Assembly (NCBI GenBank): GCA_041663185.1 | Contig: JBAZQY010000001.1 | Coordinates: 19,448 to 83,447, forward strand | Source of the DNA: Minisyncoccota bacterium | GTDB lineage: Bacteria > Patescibacteriota > Minisyncoccia > Phycocordibacterales > UBA9973 | Direction of reading: 5' to 3' | Length of the DNA: 64,000 bases | Shown: one piece after another, positions 27,557 to 37,215 of the stretch | Numbering within the stretch: the stretch's first letter is position 1 | How the letters are laid out: every line of letters begins with the position of its first letter | Made by a program: the position numbers and the translations under genes | The notes under the pieces: model-generated | The model's database searches: none | What the model was told of the DNA's origin: nothing | What the model saw: only the letters and a program-made list of their open reading frames with translations

Positions 27557-28024
27557 TTAGAACGGAATATCTTCTGCATTAATCTGTTCTTCTGGATATT
27601 CAATAGTATCTAGTTCTCCATCATCTTTTTCAGGAACTGGTGAACCTTTTGACTGAGATGATTGATCGTAACTTCCACCACTTTTTACTCCACTTCCACT
27701 TGAACCGAATTGGACTCGGTCAGCGATTACTTCAGTTCTATATTTCTTGGTGTTTGTTGCTGCATCATCCCAAGACCTTGTCTGCATGCGACCTTCTACC
27801 ATAACCTGACTACCCTTTTTCATATATTGAGCGACAGTCTCTGCTTGACGACCAAAGACAACGACATTATGATAATCCGCTGCTTCTTGTTTTGCTCCAT
27901 TTTTATCTTTCCAAACACGATTTGTAGCAACAGAGAAGCTACATACTTTAATTCCCGAGGGAATTGCTTTGAGTTCTGGATCTCGAGTGAGATTCCCGAT
28001 GATAAATACTTTGTTTAAATACAT
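27557..28024 (-). CDS. ssb: Single-stranded DNA-binding protein
   Basis: NKVFIIGNLTRDPEL, KGSQVMVEGR, acidic tail EDIPF. Confidence 0.98.
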   Translation of the reverse strand: MYLNKVFIIGNLTRDPELKAIPSGIKVCSFSVATNRVWKDKNGAKQEAADYHNVVVFGRQAETVAQYMKKGSQVMVEGRMQTRSWDDAATNTKKYRTEVIADRVQFGSSGSGVKSGGSYDQSSQSKGSPVPEKDDGELDTIEYPEEQINAEDIPF

Positions 28025-28054
28025 ATATAAATAATTAGATTATTAATAATAATA

Positions 28055-28555
28055 TTATACCACAAGAGCATCGATCTCTTTATCTATTGTCTCTTCGTTT
28101 ATCTTCTCAACTTCTTCTGTCTTTTGAACAGGACGACGTCTTCCACCATCTTGTTTACCATAAGCACGTTTGACTGACATAGTATTCTCACGAACTGTTT
28201 TGATCATTAGATAACGAACTAGCTTTTCGTTTTTCTCTAAGATATCTTTTATAATTTTGGCATCAACTGTTGAACATTCAAACTTCACCCAACCAAAATA
28301 ACCAGTTGTGAATTTCTGTTTTTTGTTGTTAATAGAACGAGACATTTCATAAGCTAATTCTATTAATTTAGGGTATTCATCAGAAATAAAAACCGCACCA
28401 TTTTCTGTGAACATATCCTTAAATAAAGTCACCTCTTCGCCGAGAGCTTCTTCGGCAATAGTCGGAACCATAATGTAACCAACTTCATAAACACTCATGC
28501 GGGTTTCTTTTTCATCTCCCACATTTTCTTCTATATCTTTTTTTGCTTTCGCCAT
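28055..28555 (-). CDS. rpsF: 30S ribosomal protein S6
   Basis: YEVGYI..LAYEM..GYF..VRYLMIK; rpsF-ssb-rpsR operon order. Confidence 0.9.
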   Translation of the reverse strand: MAKAKKDIEENVGDEKETRMSVYEVGYIMVPTIAEEALGEEVTLFKDMFTENGAVFISDEYPKLIELAYEMSRSINNKKQKFTTGYFGWVKFECSTVDAKIIKDILEKNEKLVRYLMIKTVRENTMSVKRAYGKQDGGRRRPVQKTEEVEKINEETIDKEIDALVV

Positions 28556-28597
28556 TGTTATAATGCGTAAAAACGCAATAAATTGTTAATTTTAATA

Positions 28598-28654
28598 CCA
28601 TCTTGCTATGGACCAATGTGTACCGACTTCAGGGTCGGGACAAACGAGATGTGG
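28598..28654 (-). promoter_or_regulatory. Probable S6:S18 autoregulatory leader RNA upstream of rpsF
   Basis: Minus-strand hairpin CATCTCGTT..CCGAC-CCTGAA-GTCGG..TTGGTCCATAGCAAGATGG just after a TAGTAT -10-like box; position and GUCCA segment resemble known S6:S18 leaders. Confidence 0.55.
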
Positions 28655-28703
28655 AGTTATACTAGCAAAAATAAGGCAATAAGTCCACCCCTATACTTGC
28701 AAT

Positions 28704-28824
28704 TAGTTGGTACTTAAAATAGTCTTATCAGAGGGGCTTTTGAGCGCGACGGCGCGAAAACGGAGAAAATTTCTAGCAAGAAATTTTGGTACCCTCTGGG
28801 AAGAGCTATTTTAAGTACCAACTA
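28704..28824. repeat. Palindromic element abutting the tatD stop
   Basis: 19-bp perfect arms TAGTTGGTACTTAAAATAG/CTATTTTAAGTACCAACTA; branched GC-rich core. Confidence 0.85.
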
Positions 28825-29697
28825 TTATAATTTAAAAAGTCGTTTGGCATTATCAACAATCGCCTTAGATGTTTCTTCCTCTGTCAAACCTTTAATTTCT
28901 GCAATTTTTTTGACGATTTCACAAACATATACGGGCTCATTGCGCTTTCCGCGATATGGCACAGGAGCGACATATGGCGCATCGGTATCGGTCAAAATAA
29001 ATTCAAGCGGAGTCTCTTTAATTACAGATAGGTAATCGCAAATCTCAGGTTTGGGTTTGTATGTAATCGCCCCAGCAAAAGAAATATACACACCCATACT
29101 CACAAATCTTTTCATATCTTCGACACTACCGGCAAAAAAGTGCGATACCCCTTTGACCCCCGGATATTTTTTTAAAATTTCTGCAACATCTCTATAAGCA
29201 TTACGAGGTTTATCTAAATCCTGCAAGGACTCCCCTTGCAGGATTGGATTCCGAATGTGAAGCATTAGGGGTTTATTAAATTCTTGCGCAAGTTCAATTT
29301 GTTCAATAAAAACTTTTCTTTGTTTTTCAATACTCTCTTCATTTAAGTGGTAATAATCAAGCCCGCACTCTCCGATCGCTACTACTTTTTCGTCTTTCAA
29401 CATTTCTCGATAAATATCTTTATCAAAAATTTCTGCACGCGACTTAAACCCAGGACCACTAACTTCTTCTTCATCATGAAATGATTCTTCAGTATGAATT
29501 GGGTGTAGCCCAATGCAAGCATAAACCCCTTCGGGATATTTGTGCGCAAGTTCTATGGCATATCTTGAAGTATCCACTTGTGTACCAACATTAATCATCC
29601 AAGTATCAGCTTCTAATGCACGACGAATAATAACATCCCTGTCTTCGTCAAAGGCTTTGAAATTTACATGTGTATGAATATCAAAATATTTCGGCAT
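28825..29697 (-). CDS. tatD: TatD-family nuclease
   Basis: DIHTHV, GLHP, IGECGLDY, LHIR, TDAPY, RNEP. Confidence 0.95.
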   Translation of the reverse strand: MPKYFDIHTHVNFKAFDEDRDVIIRRALEADTWMINVGTQVDTSRYAIELAHKYPEGVYACIGLHPIHTEESFHDEEEVSGPGFKSRAEIFDKDIYREMLKDEKVVAIGECGLDYYHLNEESIEKQRKVFIEQIELAQEFNKPLMLHIRNPILQGESLQDLDKPRNAYRDVAEILKKYPGVKGVSHFFAGSVEDMKRFVSMGVYISFAGAITYKPKPEICDYLSVIKETPLEFILTDTDAPYVAPVPYRGKRNEPVYVCEIVKKIAEIKGLTEEETSKAIVDNAKRLFKL

Positions 29698-29700
29698 AAA

Positions 29701-30183
29701 TTAAATATTTTTTCTTAATTCTGAAATTTTTAAATTAAAAATCTTCACGGGGTTGGAAAAATTATTTTTAAAATCTTCAATAAGCAAATCCCTTACTTCA
29801 AGTGGAAAAACCAACATATTATTTAATTCTTCTATTTTACACCATCTTGGTTCATAAAAATCTTCTCCTCTTAACATCTTTTGATATTCAGTGGTATCTT
29901 TTTTAAGTTCTGGAACACCAGAAACATAATCACAAAGATAGAAATACTGTTCTTTTCCATCATCGTAAATATGCCGATAGAGTAACTTATTTATTTTTGC
30001 TTCGATAGAAGATTCCTCTTGTAATTCTCTTAAAACTGCCTGTTTGATATCTTCATTTTCTTCTACCCCACCACCCGGAAAAACATAATATTCTTTGAAA
30101 TTTTTACGAAACATTAAAAGCACTTCGTCTTTTTTTACGAGAATCGCCCCCGCTCTAACTTCTGGCATATAAATTTCAGTCAT
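29701..30183 (-). CDS. NUDIX hydrolase
   Basis: FPGGGVEENE..AVLRELQEE. Confidence 0.88.
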   Translation of the reverse strand: MTEIYMPEVRAGAILVKKDEVLLMFRKNFKEYYVFPGGGVEENEDIKQAVLRELQEESSIEAKINKLLYRHIYDDGKEQYFYLCDYVSGVPELKKDTTEYQKMLRGEDFYEPRWCKIEELNNMLVFPLEVRDLLIEDFKNNFSNPVKIFNLKISELRKNI

Positions 30184-30195
30184 TTTTTATTATTT

Positions 30196-30513
30196 TTATT
30201 TACTTTTAACGATTTTTTTTCTTATAGCTTCGGCAAAAAGACGAAAAGCTGGTCTTTTTTCTGGATTGTAAACAGGATTGTAGATAATTTTTATTCCAAG
30301 TAAATGTTTGTCCGGGCAAAAAAGGTTTTTTGAGGAAATCGAAACCACTGGATTAAAAATTCGATCTATATATAGCCGGCGCAAATTATTTGGCCCATCT
30401 TTCTGGTAAAAGCAAATGTGTTTTTTACAATAATCACATGTGATATCCAACAAACGAGAATACCCTCCTCGTGCCTTCTTATATTTATCATCTTTAAAAA
30501 TTATTTTCTCCAT
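30196..30513 (-). CDS. Hypothetical protein, possible Zn-binding
   Basis: CDYC..YQKDGP..C; tightly packed in operon. Confidence 0.7.
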   Translation of the reverse strand: MEKIIFKDDKYKKARGGYSRLLDITCDYCKKHICFYQKDGPNNLRRLYIDRIFNPVVSISSKNLFCPDKHLLGIKIIYNPVYNPEKRPAFRLFAEAIRKKIVKSK

Positions 30514-30522
30514 TTTATTCTT

Positions 30523-31086
30523 TTATAAAAATTCTTTTAATGTTGTCATTACTTCACCAACCGGCAAACCAATAATATTATTATGATCCCCCTCGATTTT
30601 TTCTATAAATGTGTCGATAATATCCGGCAAGGTATATGAGCCGGCATATTTTAAAGGATTGCCGGTTTTTATATAATTTTCTATCATTTCATCAGATAAT
30701 TCCTTGAAAGACACTTTTGTTTCAACAGATTTGGATACAATCAAATTATTTTGGGTATCAACAATCGTAAAACCAGTAAAAACTGAATGGGTTTTGCCAC
30801 TTAATTTTTTTAACGTCTCTCTTGCCTTGTCTGTTGTATGAGGCTTTCCAATAACGACCCCATCAATAGAGACAAAAGTGTCTGCAGAGAGGATGACTGC
30901 GTCCAAAAAGTTTTTCGCGACCGATTCTGCCTTCCCCCGCGACAAAAATTTTGCTAGTTCTTCTGGGCTTAAATCTAGGGTCATGTCTTCTTCATAATCA
31001 CTCGGAGAAATATCAAAAATCAGGCCTTGCTTTTCGAGCAATTCTTTTCTTCTTGGAGAACTTGAAGCTAGTATAATTTTTCTCAT
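30523..31086 (-). CDS. maf: Maf-family nucleotide pyrophosphatase
   Basis: IILASSSPRRKELL, ADT.V..GKP, LSGKTH.V.TG, AGSY, GLP. Confidence 0.93.
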   Translation of the reverse strand: MRKIILASSSPRRKELLEKQGLIFDISPSDYEEDMTLDLSPEELAKFLSRGKAESVAKNFLDAVILSADTFVSIDGVVIGKPHTTDKARETLKKLSGKTHSVFTGFTIVDTQNNLIVSKSVETKVSFKELSDEMIENYIKTGNPLKYAGSYTLPDIIDTFIEKIEGDHNNIIGLPVGEVMTTLKEFL

Positions 31087-31123
31087 AAGTTTACTTTACT
31101 CAACTAAAGTGGAATAATTTTAA

Positions 31124-31573
31124 TTATTTTTTACTTTCCCAATTTTTTATTATCAATAATGCTTCTTGCTCTAATTCTTTATCGTGAAAAATTTCAATTT
31201 GTCTATTGTTTTTAGAATTGATTTCGGAAATATGATGTAATCCTTCATAATGCTGTTTATCTAGTTTATCTTTGGCAACAGCATAAACTATTTTTTTTAT
31301 TTTAGCCCAATAGCAAGCCGAGAAACACATTAAACATGGCTCCATAGAGGAATATATTTCACAATCAAATAAATCACGAGAATTCAGATTCTTTGAAGCA
31401 TTCCGAATCGCTTCAATTTCCGCATGACTTGTGGCATCTTTATTATTTTTACCATTACTTAAACCTTTCCCAACAATTTCCCCATTCTTAACAACAATTG
31501 CACCAACAGGAAAACCACCTTTATTTACAGACTCTTTTGATAGCTCTATTGCTTGTTTAAGAAAATCATTCAT
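31124..31573 (-). CDS. Zn-dependent nucleoside/guanine deaminase (CDA superfamily)
   Basis: PVGA, HAEIEAIR, EPCLMC, WAKI. Confidence 0.9.
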   Translation of the reverse strand: MNDFLKQAIELSKESVNKGGFPVGAIVVKNGEIVGKGLSNGKNNKDATSHAEIEAIRNASKNLNSRDLFDCEIYSSMEPCLMCFSACYWAKIKKIVYAVAKDKLDKQHYEGLHHISEINSKNNRQIEIFHDKELEQEALLIIKNWESKK

Positions 31574-31578
31574 AAAAT

Positions 31579-31962
31579 TTATTTTGTTTCATAAAGTTCA
31601 ACTGAAATACCGTCTGGGTCTCTCAAAAAACAAAACCAAGCACAAGTTTTTCCAGCCACGGGCTCGTCGATATCAATACCTCTATTTTTAAATTCTCGAT
31701 ATTTTTCTTGCACACTTTCGACTTGAATTCCAAAATGATTAATACCAATAGTTCTTAAATTCTCAAAATCAGCTGTATTTTCAATAAAATCATTAAAACC
31801 AAAAACTTCGAGCTTCATATCCCCTAATTGAAGTACAACGGCTTCCCCATTCCAATCCTGCTTGGTAAATCTTTCAATTTCCTTGAATTCGAAGTTTTCT
31901 GTATAGAATTTCACAGATTTTTCTAGATTTTTTACTGATATGGCAATGTGGTGAATTTTCAT
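31579..31962 (-). CDS. VOC (glyoxalase) family protein
   Basis: IHHIAISV..FY, GINHFGIQV, FLRDPDG..VELYE. Confidence 0.9.
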   Translation of the reverse strand: MKIHHIAISVKNLEKSVKFYTENFEFKEIERFTKQDWNGEAVVLQLGDMKLEVFGFNDFIENTADFENLRTIGINHFGIQVESVQEKYREFKNRGIDIDEPVAGKTCAWFCFLRDPDGISVELYETK

Positions 31963-31963
31963 T

Positions 31964-33403
31964 TTATTCTTTCCTCAAAAACAAAGGTTGTTCGGGTTTT
32001 TTGTTTTCTCGAATTAGTTTTTTTAGTTTTTCATTCGTTTCGGACATTACTGGGTTTAACATGCGAGCGATTTGATATAATTCCAAAACCATTTCGCTGA
32101 TTAATTCTTTCCCCTTTTTTTCATCAATTTTAACAACCTTGAAAGGTTCAGTTTCTTGAATTTTTTTATCAAGGTTTTGAATTTTATCCCAAATATAATC
32201 CATCGCCTTTTTTATATCAAATTCCTCATAGATTTTAAAATATTCTGTAAAATCAGTTTTTTCAGGAATCTCTGGACACTTTTCTAAGTATTTTTCTGAT
32301 AAAGTTAAAATTCTTGAAACTAAATTCCCCAAGCCGTTAGCCAGCCCTGAATTATATGCTCCCTTAAAACGTTCAATGGTAAATGGGCTATCTTCAAAGC
32401 TTGAAACTTCACGCAAGAGGAAATAGCGAAGAGCATCTGTGCCATATTCTTGCACAACATCTTTAGGATCAACGCCGTTGCCTAAAGATTTCGACATCCT
32501 GATTCCGCCCTCGCCAGTAATAAAGCCATTCACTACGATTTGATGGGAATTGGGCAGACCTGCCGCCATAAGCATCGCTTGCCACATGGCAGATTGAAAT
32601 CTAGTATTGTCTTTTCCGCAATACTGCGTCGGATTTCCATCCACCCAGTATTTTTCAAAATTTTCTAAGTTATTTGGCCACCCTAGTGTCGAAATATAAT
32701 TCACAAGCGCATCAAACCAGACATACATCACTTGATTCTCATCGCCCGGTACTGGAATCCCCCAAGGCATTTTTTCTTTCAAGCGAGAAATTGAAAAATC
32801 CTGAAGCCCACCTTTGACAAAATTTTTAATTTCATTAAAACGAAATTCCGGGATGACAAAATTCGGATTCTTTTCATAAAATTCCAAAAGTTTCTCGCCA
32901 AAAGCTGAATATTTGAAAAAATAATTCTCTTCGTTAATTATTTTAAGGGCTGTTCCTGGATGGTCTACACATTCTCCGTTTACTAATTCTGAATCTGTCT
33001 TTTCACTTTCACAACCGACACAATATTTTGATTCATAATTCTTTTTGTAAATATAACCATTGTCTTGTACTTTCTTCCAAAATTCTTGCGCGGCATGTTC
33101 ATGATTCGAGTCAGTGGTACGAATGAAATGAATATCGTCGCTCATGCCAAACATTTTTAATTGTTCTTTGAAAATCAAAAAACTCTGGTCGACAAATTCT
33201 TTTGGCGATAATCCTTTTTCAGTCGCTTTTTCAAAAATTTTGAGCCCATGTTCATCTGTCCCGGTATTAAAATAAACATCAAAACCTGCCAATTTTTTAT
33301 AACGGGCTATCGCATCAGCGCGCACGAACTCAAGCGCGTGCCCCATATGAAGTGGAGCATTTACGTATGGCAAAGTAGTTGTAATATAGAAAGGTTTTTG
33401 CAT
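31964..33403 (-). CDS. metG: Methionine--tRNA ligase (short form)
   Basis: YITTTLPYVNAPLHMGH, TGTDEHG, YVWFDAL, RMSKS. Confidence 0.97.
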   Translation of the reverse strand: MQKPFYITTTLPYVNAPLHMGHALEFVRADAIARYKKLAGFDVYFNTGTDEHGLKIFEKATEKGLSPKEFVDQSFLIFKEQLKMFGMSDDIHFIRTTDSNHEHAAQEFWKKVQDNGYIYKKNYESKYCVGCESEKTDSELVNGECVDHPGTALKIINEENYFFKYSAFGEKLLEFYEKNPNFVIPEFRFNEIKNFVKGGLQDFSISRLKEKMPWGIPVPGDENQVMYVWFDALVNYISTLGWPNNLENFEKYWVDGNPTQYCGKDNTRFQSAMWQAMLMAAGLPNSHQIVVNGFITGEGGIRMSKSLGNGVDPKDVVQEYGTDALRYFLLREVSSFEDSPFTIERFKGAYNSGLANGLGNLVSRILTLSEKYLEKCPEIPEKTDFTEYFKIYEEFDIKKAMDYIWDKIQNLDKKIQETEPFKVVKIDEKKGKELISEMVLELYQIARMLNPVMSETNEKLKKLIRENKKPEQPLFLRKE

Positions 33404-33404
33404 A

Positions 33405-34478
33405 TTATGTCGATTTAGAGAGAATTTTTTTCTTTTCAATATCATCTAAGATTTCAAGCAGACAAACAGACACAGGAATAGCTAAAATTACGCCCAAAAA
33501 TCCAGCGAGTTCTGCTCCTATAATAATAGAAAGGATAACGACAAAAGGAGACACTCCAATAACCTTTTTTACAATCAAAGGATATATCAGATAATTTTCA
33601 AACTGGTGGAGAATAAAATACAGGCCAAAGGAAAGTAGGGCCATGGTTACTCCCCCATCCAAAAATCCAAATAGGGTTACAATCGCCATTGCCAAGAAAA
33701 TCCCAAACGGCACAAGTTCGCAGAAAGCAGTCACAATTGCAAGCACAAGTGCGTATTCAACTCCAATAATCGTGAGTCCTAAATATGCCAAAACCCCAAT
33801 AATAAGTCCAAGTAGCATCTGTCCTTGAACCCATAGTCCGATTTTACGTTCTGTTCGTTGCCAAAGACCAATTAAATATTCTTCGACATTGCTTGGAGTA
33901 ATAACTCTCAAGAAATTTTCAATTCCCTTTTCAGTGATAGACAAATAAAAAGATAAAATAATGATTAAAACAAAATTGAAAACTCCACCAAAAGCACCAC
34001 TAAATACATCCCAAAATCCACCAGAGAAACTGGAAATCAAAACTTGACTGCTTTTTATAATTTCACCAAGTGATGCATCTCGAGAAATACTAGAAACAAC
34101 ATCCTTCGCTCCAGAAATCGAATCTGGTTGGAATGTATTTAAGATACTACTGTTAGGAATATATTGCGAAAGAGCAGAAACAAGGGATGACATTTGTTCG
34201 ATAAAAACAGGCACAAATACAGACAGTAGCCCAGCAATAATACTAATCGTTAAGACATAAATAATAGAAACAGAGAGAGATCGATTCTTAATATAGGGTT
34301 TAACTTTACGAACAGCTGATTCGACAAACGAAGCGATAACTATTGCTGTTAAGACCACCAAAACTAAATTGAATAACTTAATAATCACAAAAACCAAAAC
34401 CCCCAATAAAATTATTTTTATTAGAGTATTGGTTGAAATACTTATGCGCATATTCTGTGGTTTATTTTCCATCTTCAT
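33405..34478 (-). CDS. AI-2E family transporter
   Basis: Multi-TM; GQM, ENYLIYP..VIGVSP, GFLGVILAIP. Confidence 0.88.
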   Translation of the reverse strand: MKMENKPQNMRISISTNTLIKIILLGVLVFVIIKLFNLVLVVLTAIVIASFVESAVRKVKPYIKNRSLSVSIIYVLTISIIAGLLSVFVPVFIEQMSSLVSALSQYIPNSSILNTFQPDSISGAKDVVSSISRDASLGEIIKSSQVLISSFSGGFWDVFSGAFGGVFNFVLIIILSFYLSITEKGIENFLRVITPSNVEEYLIGLWQRTERKIGLWVQGQMLLGLIIGVLAYLGLTIIGVEYALVLAIVTAFCELVPFGIFLAMAIVTLFGFLDGGVTMALLSFGLYFILHQFENYLIYPLIVKKVIGVSPFVVILSIIIGAELAGFLGVILAIPVSVCLLEILDDIEKKKILSKST

Positions 34479-34503
34479 ATATAATACCACACTATTTGGA
34501 GAA

Positions 34504-35775
34504 TTAGAATTTCAAAATTTGCTTGAATGTACTATCATCTTTAAATGGTCCAATTATCGCTAAATTCAAATTTTTGGTTTTAAAAATAGTTTTCGCGATC
34601 TTTTGTATATCGCTTGCTTTCACTTTTTGGATGTCTTTGATTTTCTCTTCTAGGGTTTTTATTTCCCCCTTCATCAACTCTTGTCCACCGTAAAAGTTTG
34701 CAATATCATCTGTTGCTTCAAGTGACATTTTCATATTTCCAATAATGAATGATTTCACTTTATTTAATTCTTTTTCACTTACTTTCTCATTTACCAAAAG
34801 ATTACACTCTTTCAAAATTTCTTTTAAGACTTCCACGGTTCTTTTATTATTTACTCCAGCCGATATCTGGAAACTTCCATGATCAAGTGAAGAATTATTA
34901 AAGGCTCGAACATAGTAAGCTACCCCCATCTCTTCGCGAAGCTTTATAAAAAGTCGTGAGCTCATTCCTGCTCCGAGTATTCCACCAAGCAATGAAAGAG
35001 TCATGTTTCTTTTATCAAATAAAGGAAAAGTTCGAACTCCAAGCACGAAGTGCGTCTGGTCTGTCTCTTTATATTTTACTAAAACATTTGGCCTCGTCTG
35101 AATATCTTTGGTTTTTACTTTTTTAATTTTATTTGTCGATTTAATATCTTTAAAATATTTATTTACTTCTTTGTGAACTTTCTCACTTTGAATATTCCCA
35201 GAGACAATAATCACCGTATTCTTCGCGACATAATGACTTTTTTTGTAATTCACAAAATTGGGACGTGTCATTCTATAAATATTTTCTTTTTGCCCGGCAA
35301 TACCTCTTCCTGCTGGTTGATCAGGATATAAAACTTTATCAAAAAGTTCTTGAACGTGACTTTGAGGCATGTCCTCATACATATTTATTTCTTCGACAAT
35401 TACCCCTTTCTCTTTTTCAATTTCCGCCTCTGGAAAAGTCGAATTTAAATAAATATCGGAAACAATATCAAAAATCTGGCTGAAATTCTTCGCGTCGCCT
35501 TTGGCGTAGTATCCAGTCATTTCATGGTCTGTAAACGCATTATATTGGCATCCAAGGGCATCTAATTCGTGAGAAATGGACTGCGGAGTGAGTCTTTTTA
35601 TTGTTCCCTTAAAGCACATATGCTCCAAAAAGTGAGATATGCCATTTATCTCTTTTGTCTCATAATTACTCCCCGTGCCCACAAGGACAAGTACCGTAAC
35701 CGTCGGATTGTCCTTCATCGGAACTGTAATAACCCGCAAACCATTTTTATATGTTTTCTTTTTAGCTTTTTGCAT
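34504..35775 (-). CDS. M16-family Zn peptidase
   Basis: GISHFLEHMCFKGT (HxxEH), NAFT, EKGVIVEE, SSRLF..LREE.G..Y. Confidence 0.95.
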   Translation of the reverse strand: MQKAKKKTYKNGLRVITVPMKDNPTVTVLVLVGTGSNYETKEINGISHFLEHMCFKGTIKRLTPQSISHELDALGCQYNAFTDHEMTGYYAKGDAKNFSQIFDIVSDIYLNSTFPEAEIEKEKGVIVEEINMYEDMPQSHVQELFDKVLYPDQPAGRGIAGQKENIYRMTRPNFVNYKKSHYVAKNTVIIVSGNIQSEKVHKEVNKYFKDIKSTNKIKKVKTKDIQTRPNVLVKYKETDQTHFVLGVRTFPLFDKRNMTLSLLGGILGAGMSSRLFIKLREEMGVAYYVRAFNNSSLDHGSFQISAGVNNKRTVEVLKEILKECNLLVNEKVSEKELNKVKSFIIGNMKMSLEATDDIANFYGGQELMKGEIKTLEEKIKDIQKVKASDIQKIAKTIFKTKNLNLAIIGPFKDDSTFKQILKF

Positions 35776-35781
35776 ATTATT

Positions 35782-37155
35782 TTAATTCATTCTTTCTTTT
35801 ATATAGTGAGAAATTTTTTCTTTTTTAATTCTTTCTTGCTTGCCAGTATCACGATCGCGAATAGTTACAGAATCATCAGTCAAAGTATCAAAGTCGATAA
35901 CAATGCACCATGGGGTCCCTATTTCATCTTGCCGGCGATAACGTTTTCCAATATTTCCATTGTCATCCCAAGCAATCCACCCAAATTCTTTTTTCAGTTC
36001 ACTGTAAATATTTTTTGCATATGAGACAAGTTCTGGTTTATTTTTTAAAAGTGGCGACACGCAGGCCTTGTAGGGAGCTACAATCGGTGGAAACTTCAAA
36101 TAAACTCGCATATCGTCTCCTTCACCCTCTTCTCGATACGCAGAGCAAAGAAGAGCAAGAATCGCACGATCAACACTGATTGTCGGCTCAATAACATGCG
36201 GAATAAACTTTTCTCCAGTCTGGTCATTTAGCATTTCCATGGATTCCCTTGAGAATTCTTGGTGTCGTTTTAAGTCGTAATCTCCACGATGAGCAAGGCC
36301 AGTAAGTTCTTTCCTTCCAAATGGATATTCAAATTCTAAATCAACCGTTTTTCGACTGTAATGGGCTCGAGCCGTATCTGGGTGCTCAAGTGGAGAAAGT
36401 TTTGTCACATCAACTCCAATTTTTGAAAGCCAATCTTTTTGTTCTAGTAAAAAATTATCAAAATATGCTTCCCAAGGATCACTCGGGTGAATAAAATATT
36501 CAAACTCCATTATTTCAAATTCACGTAATCGATAAATGAAATCCCGTGGGGTTATCTCATTTCTAAATGCTTTCCCAACTTGAGCAATTCCAAATGGAAC
36601 TTTTGGAGATAGTGATTGTAAAACATTTTTGAAAGCCACAAACATACTTTGAGCTTCTTCTGGTCTTAAATATGTATTTACTGAAGTTTCTTCCACCGCT
36701 CCCATTTTTGTTTCAAGCATTAAATTAAAAGTGCGTACTTCAGAAAGTGCATTCCCATCCGGACTCTTAAGCCCAAGTTCTTTTATTTTTTCTCCCATCT
36801 GTTCGATTGTTAATTTTTCTGAATCAACTCCAGCTTCTTCAAGTAAATGATCAGCGCGATAACGCTTTTTTGTAACCATATCATCGACAAGAGGGTCAAT
36901 GAATTCACTTGTATGCCCAGACGCATCCCAAACTCTTGGGTGCATTAATATTGGTGTATCAATAAGATACATATTGTCTTTAAACTCAATAAAATATTCT
37001 ATCCATGATTTCTCAATATTTCTTTTAAGTAATGCTCCAAGTGGCCCGTAATCGTACGTCCCAGCTAGGCCACCATAAATCTCTGACCCTGGGTAAATAA
37101 ATCCGCGTCGTTTGCAAAGTGATATTATTTTTTCCATCGTTAAATTATTTTCCAT
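35782..37155 (-). CDS. glyQS: Glycine--tRNA ligase (homodimeric type)
   Basis: KRRGFIYP..IYGG, LRPE.AQ, GKAFRNEITP, REFE, IGKRYRRQDEIGTP. Confidence 0.96.
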   Translation of the reverse strand: MENNLTMEKIISLCKRRGFIYPGSEIYGGLAGTYDYGPLGALLKRNIEKSWIEYFIEFKDNMYLIDTPILMHPRVWDASGHTSEFIDPLVDDMVTKKRYRADHLLEEAGVDSEKLTIEQMGEKIKELGLKSPDGNALSEVRTFNLMLETKMGAVEETSVNTYLRPEEAQSMFVAFKNVLQSLSPKVPFGIAQVGKAFRNEITPRDFIYRLREFEIMEFEYFIHPSDPWEAYFDNFLLEQKDWLSKIGVDVTKLSPLEHPDTARAHYSRKTVDLEFEYPFGRKELTGLAHRGDYDLKRHQEFSRESMEMLNDQTGEKFIPHVIEPTISVDRAILALLCSAYREEGEGDDMRVYLKFPPIVAPYKACVSPLLKNKPELVSYAKNIYSELKKEFGWIAWDDNGNIGKRYRRQDEIGTPWCIVIDFDTLTDDSVTIRDRDTGKQERIKKEKISHYIKERMN

Positions 37156-37173
37156 TTTTTCTTTTTAAATTAT

Positions 37174-37215
37174 TAATCCGTAATTCTTAATTCTTAATTC
37201 TTAATTCTTAATTCC
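37174..37215. repeat. Heptamer tandem array (TAATTCT)n
   Basis: TAATCCG (TAATTCT)x4 TAATTCC. Confidence 0.85.
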
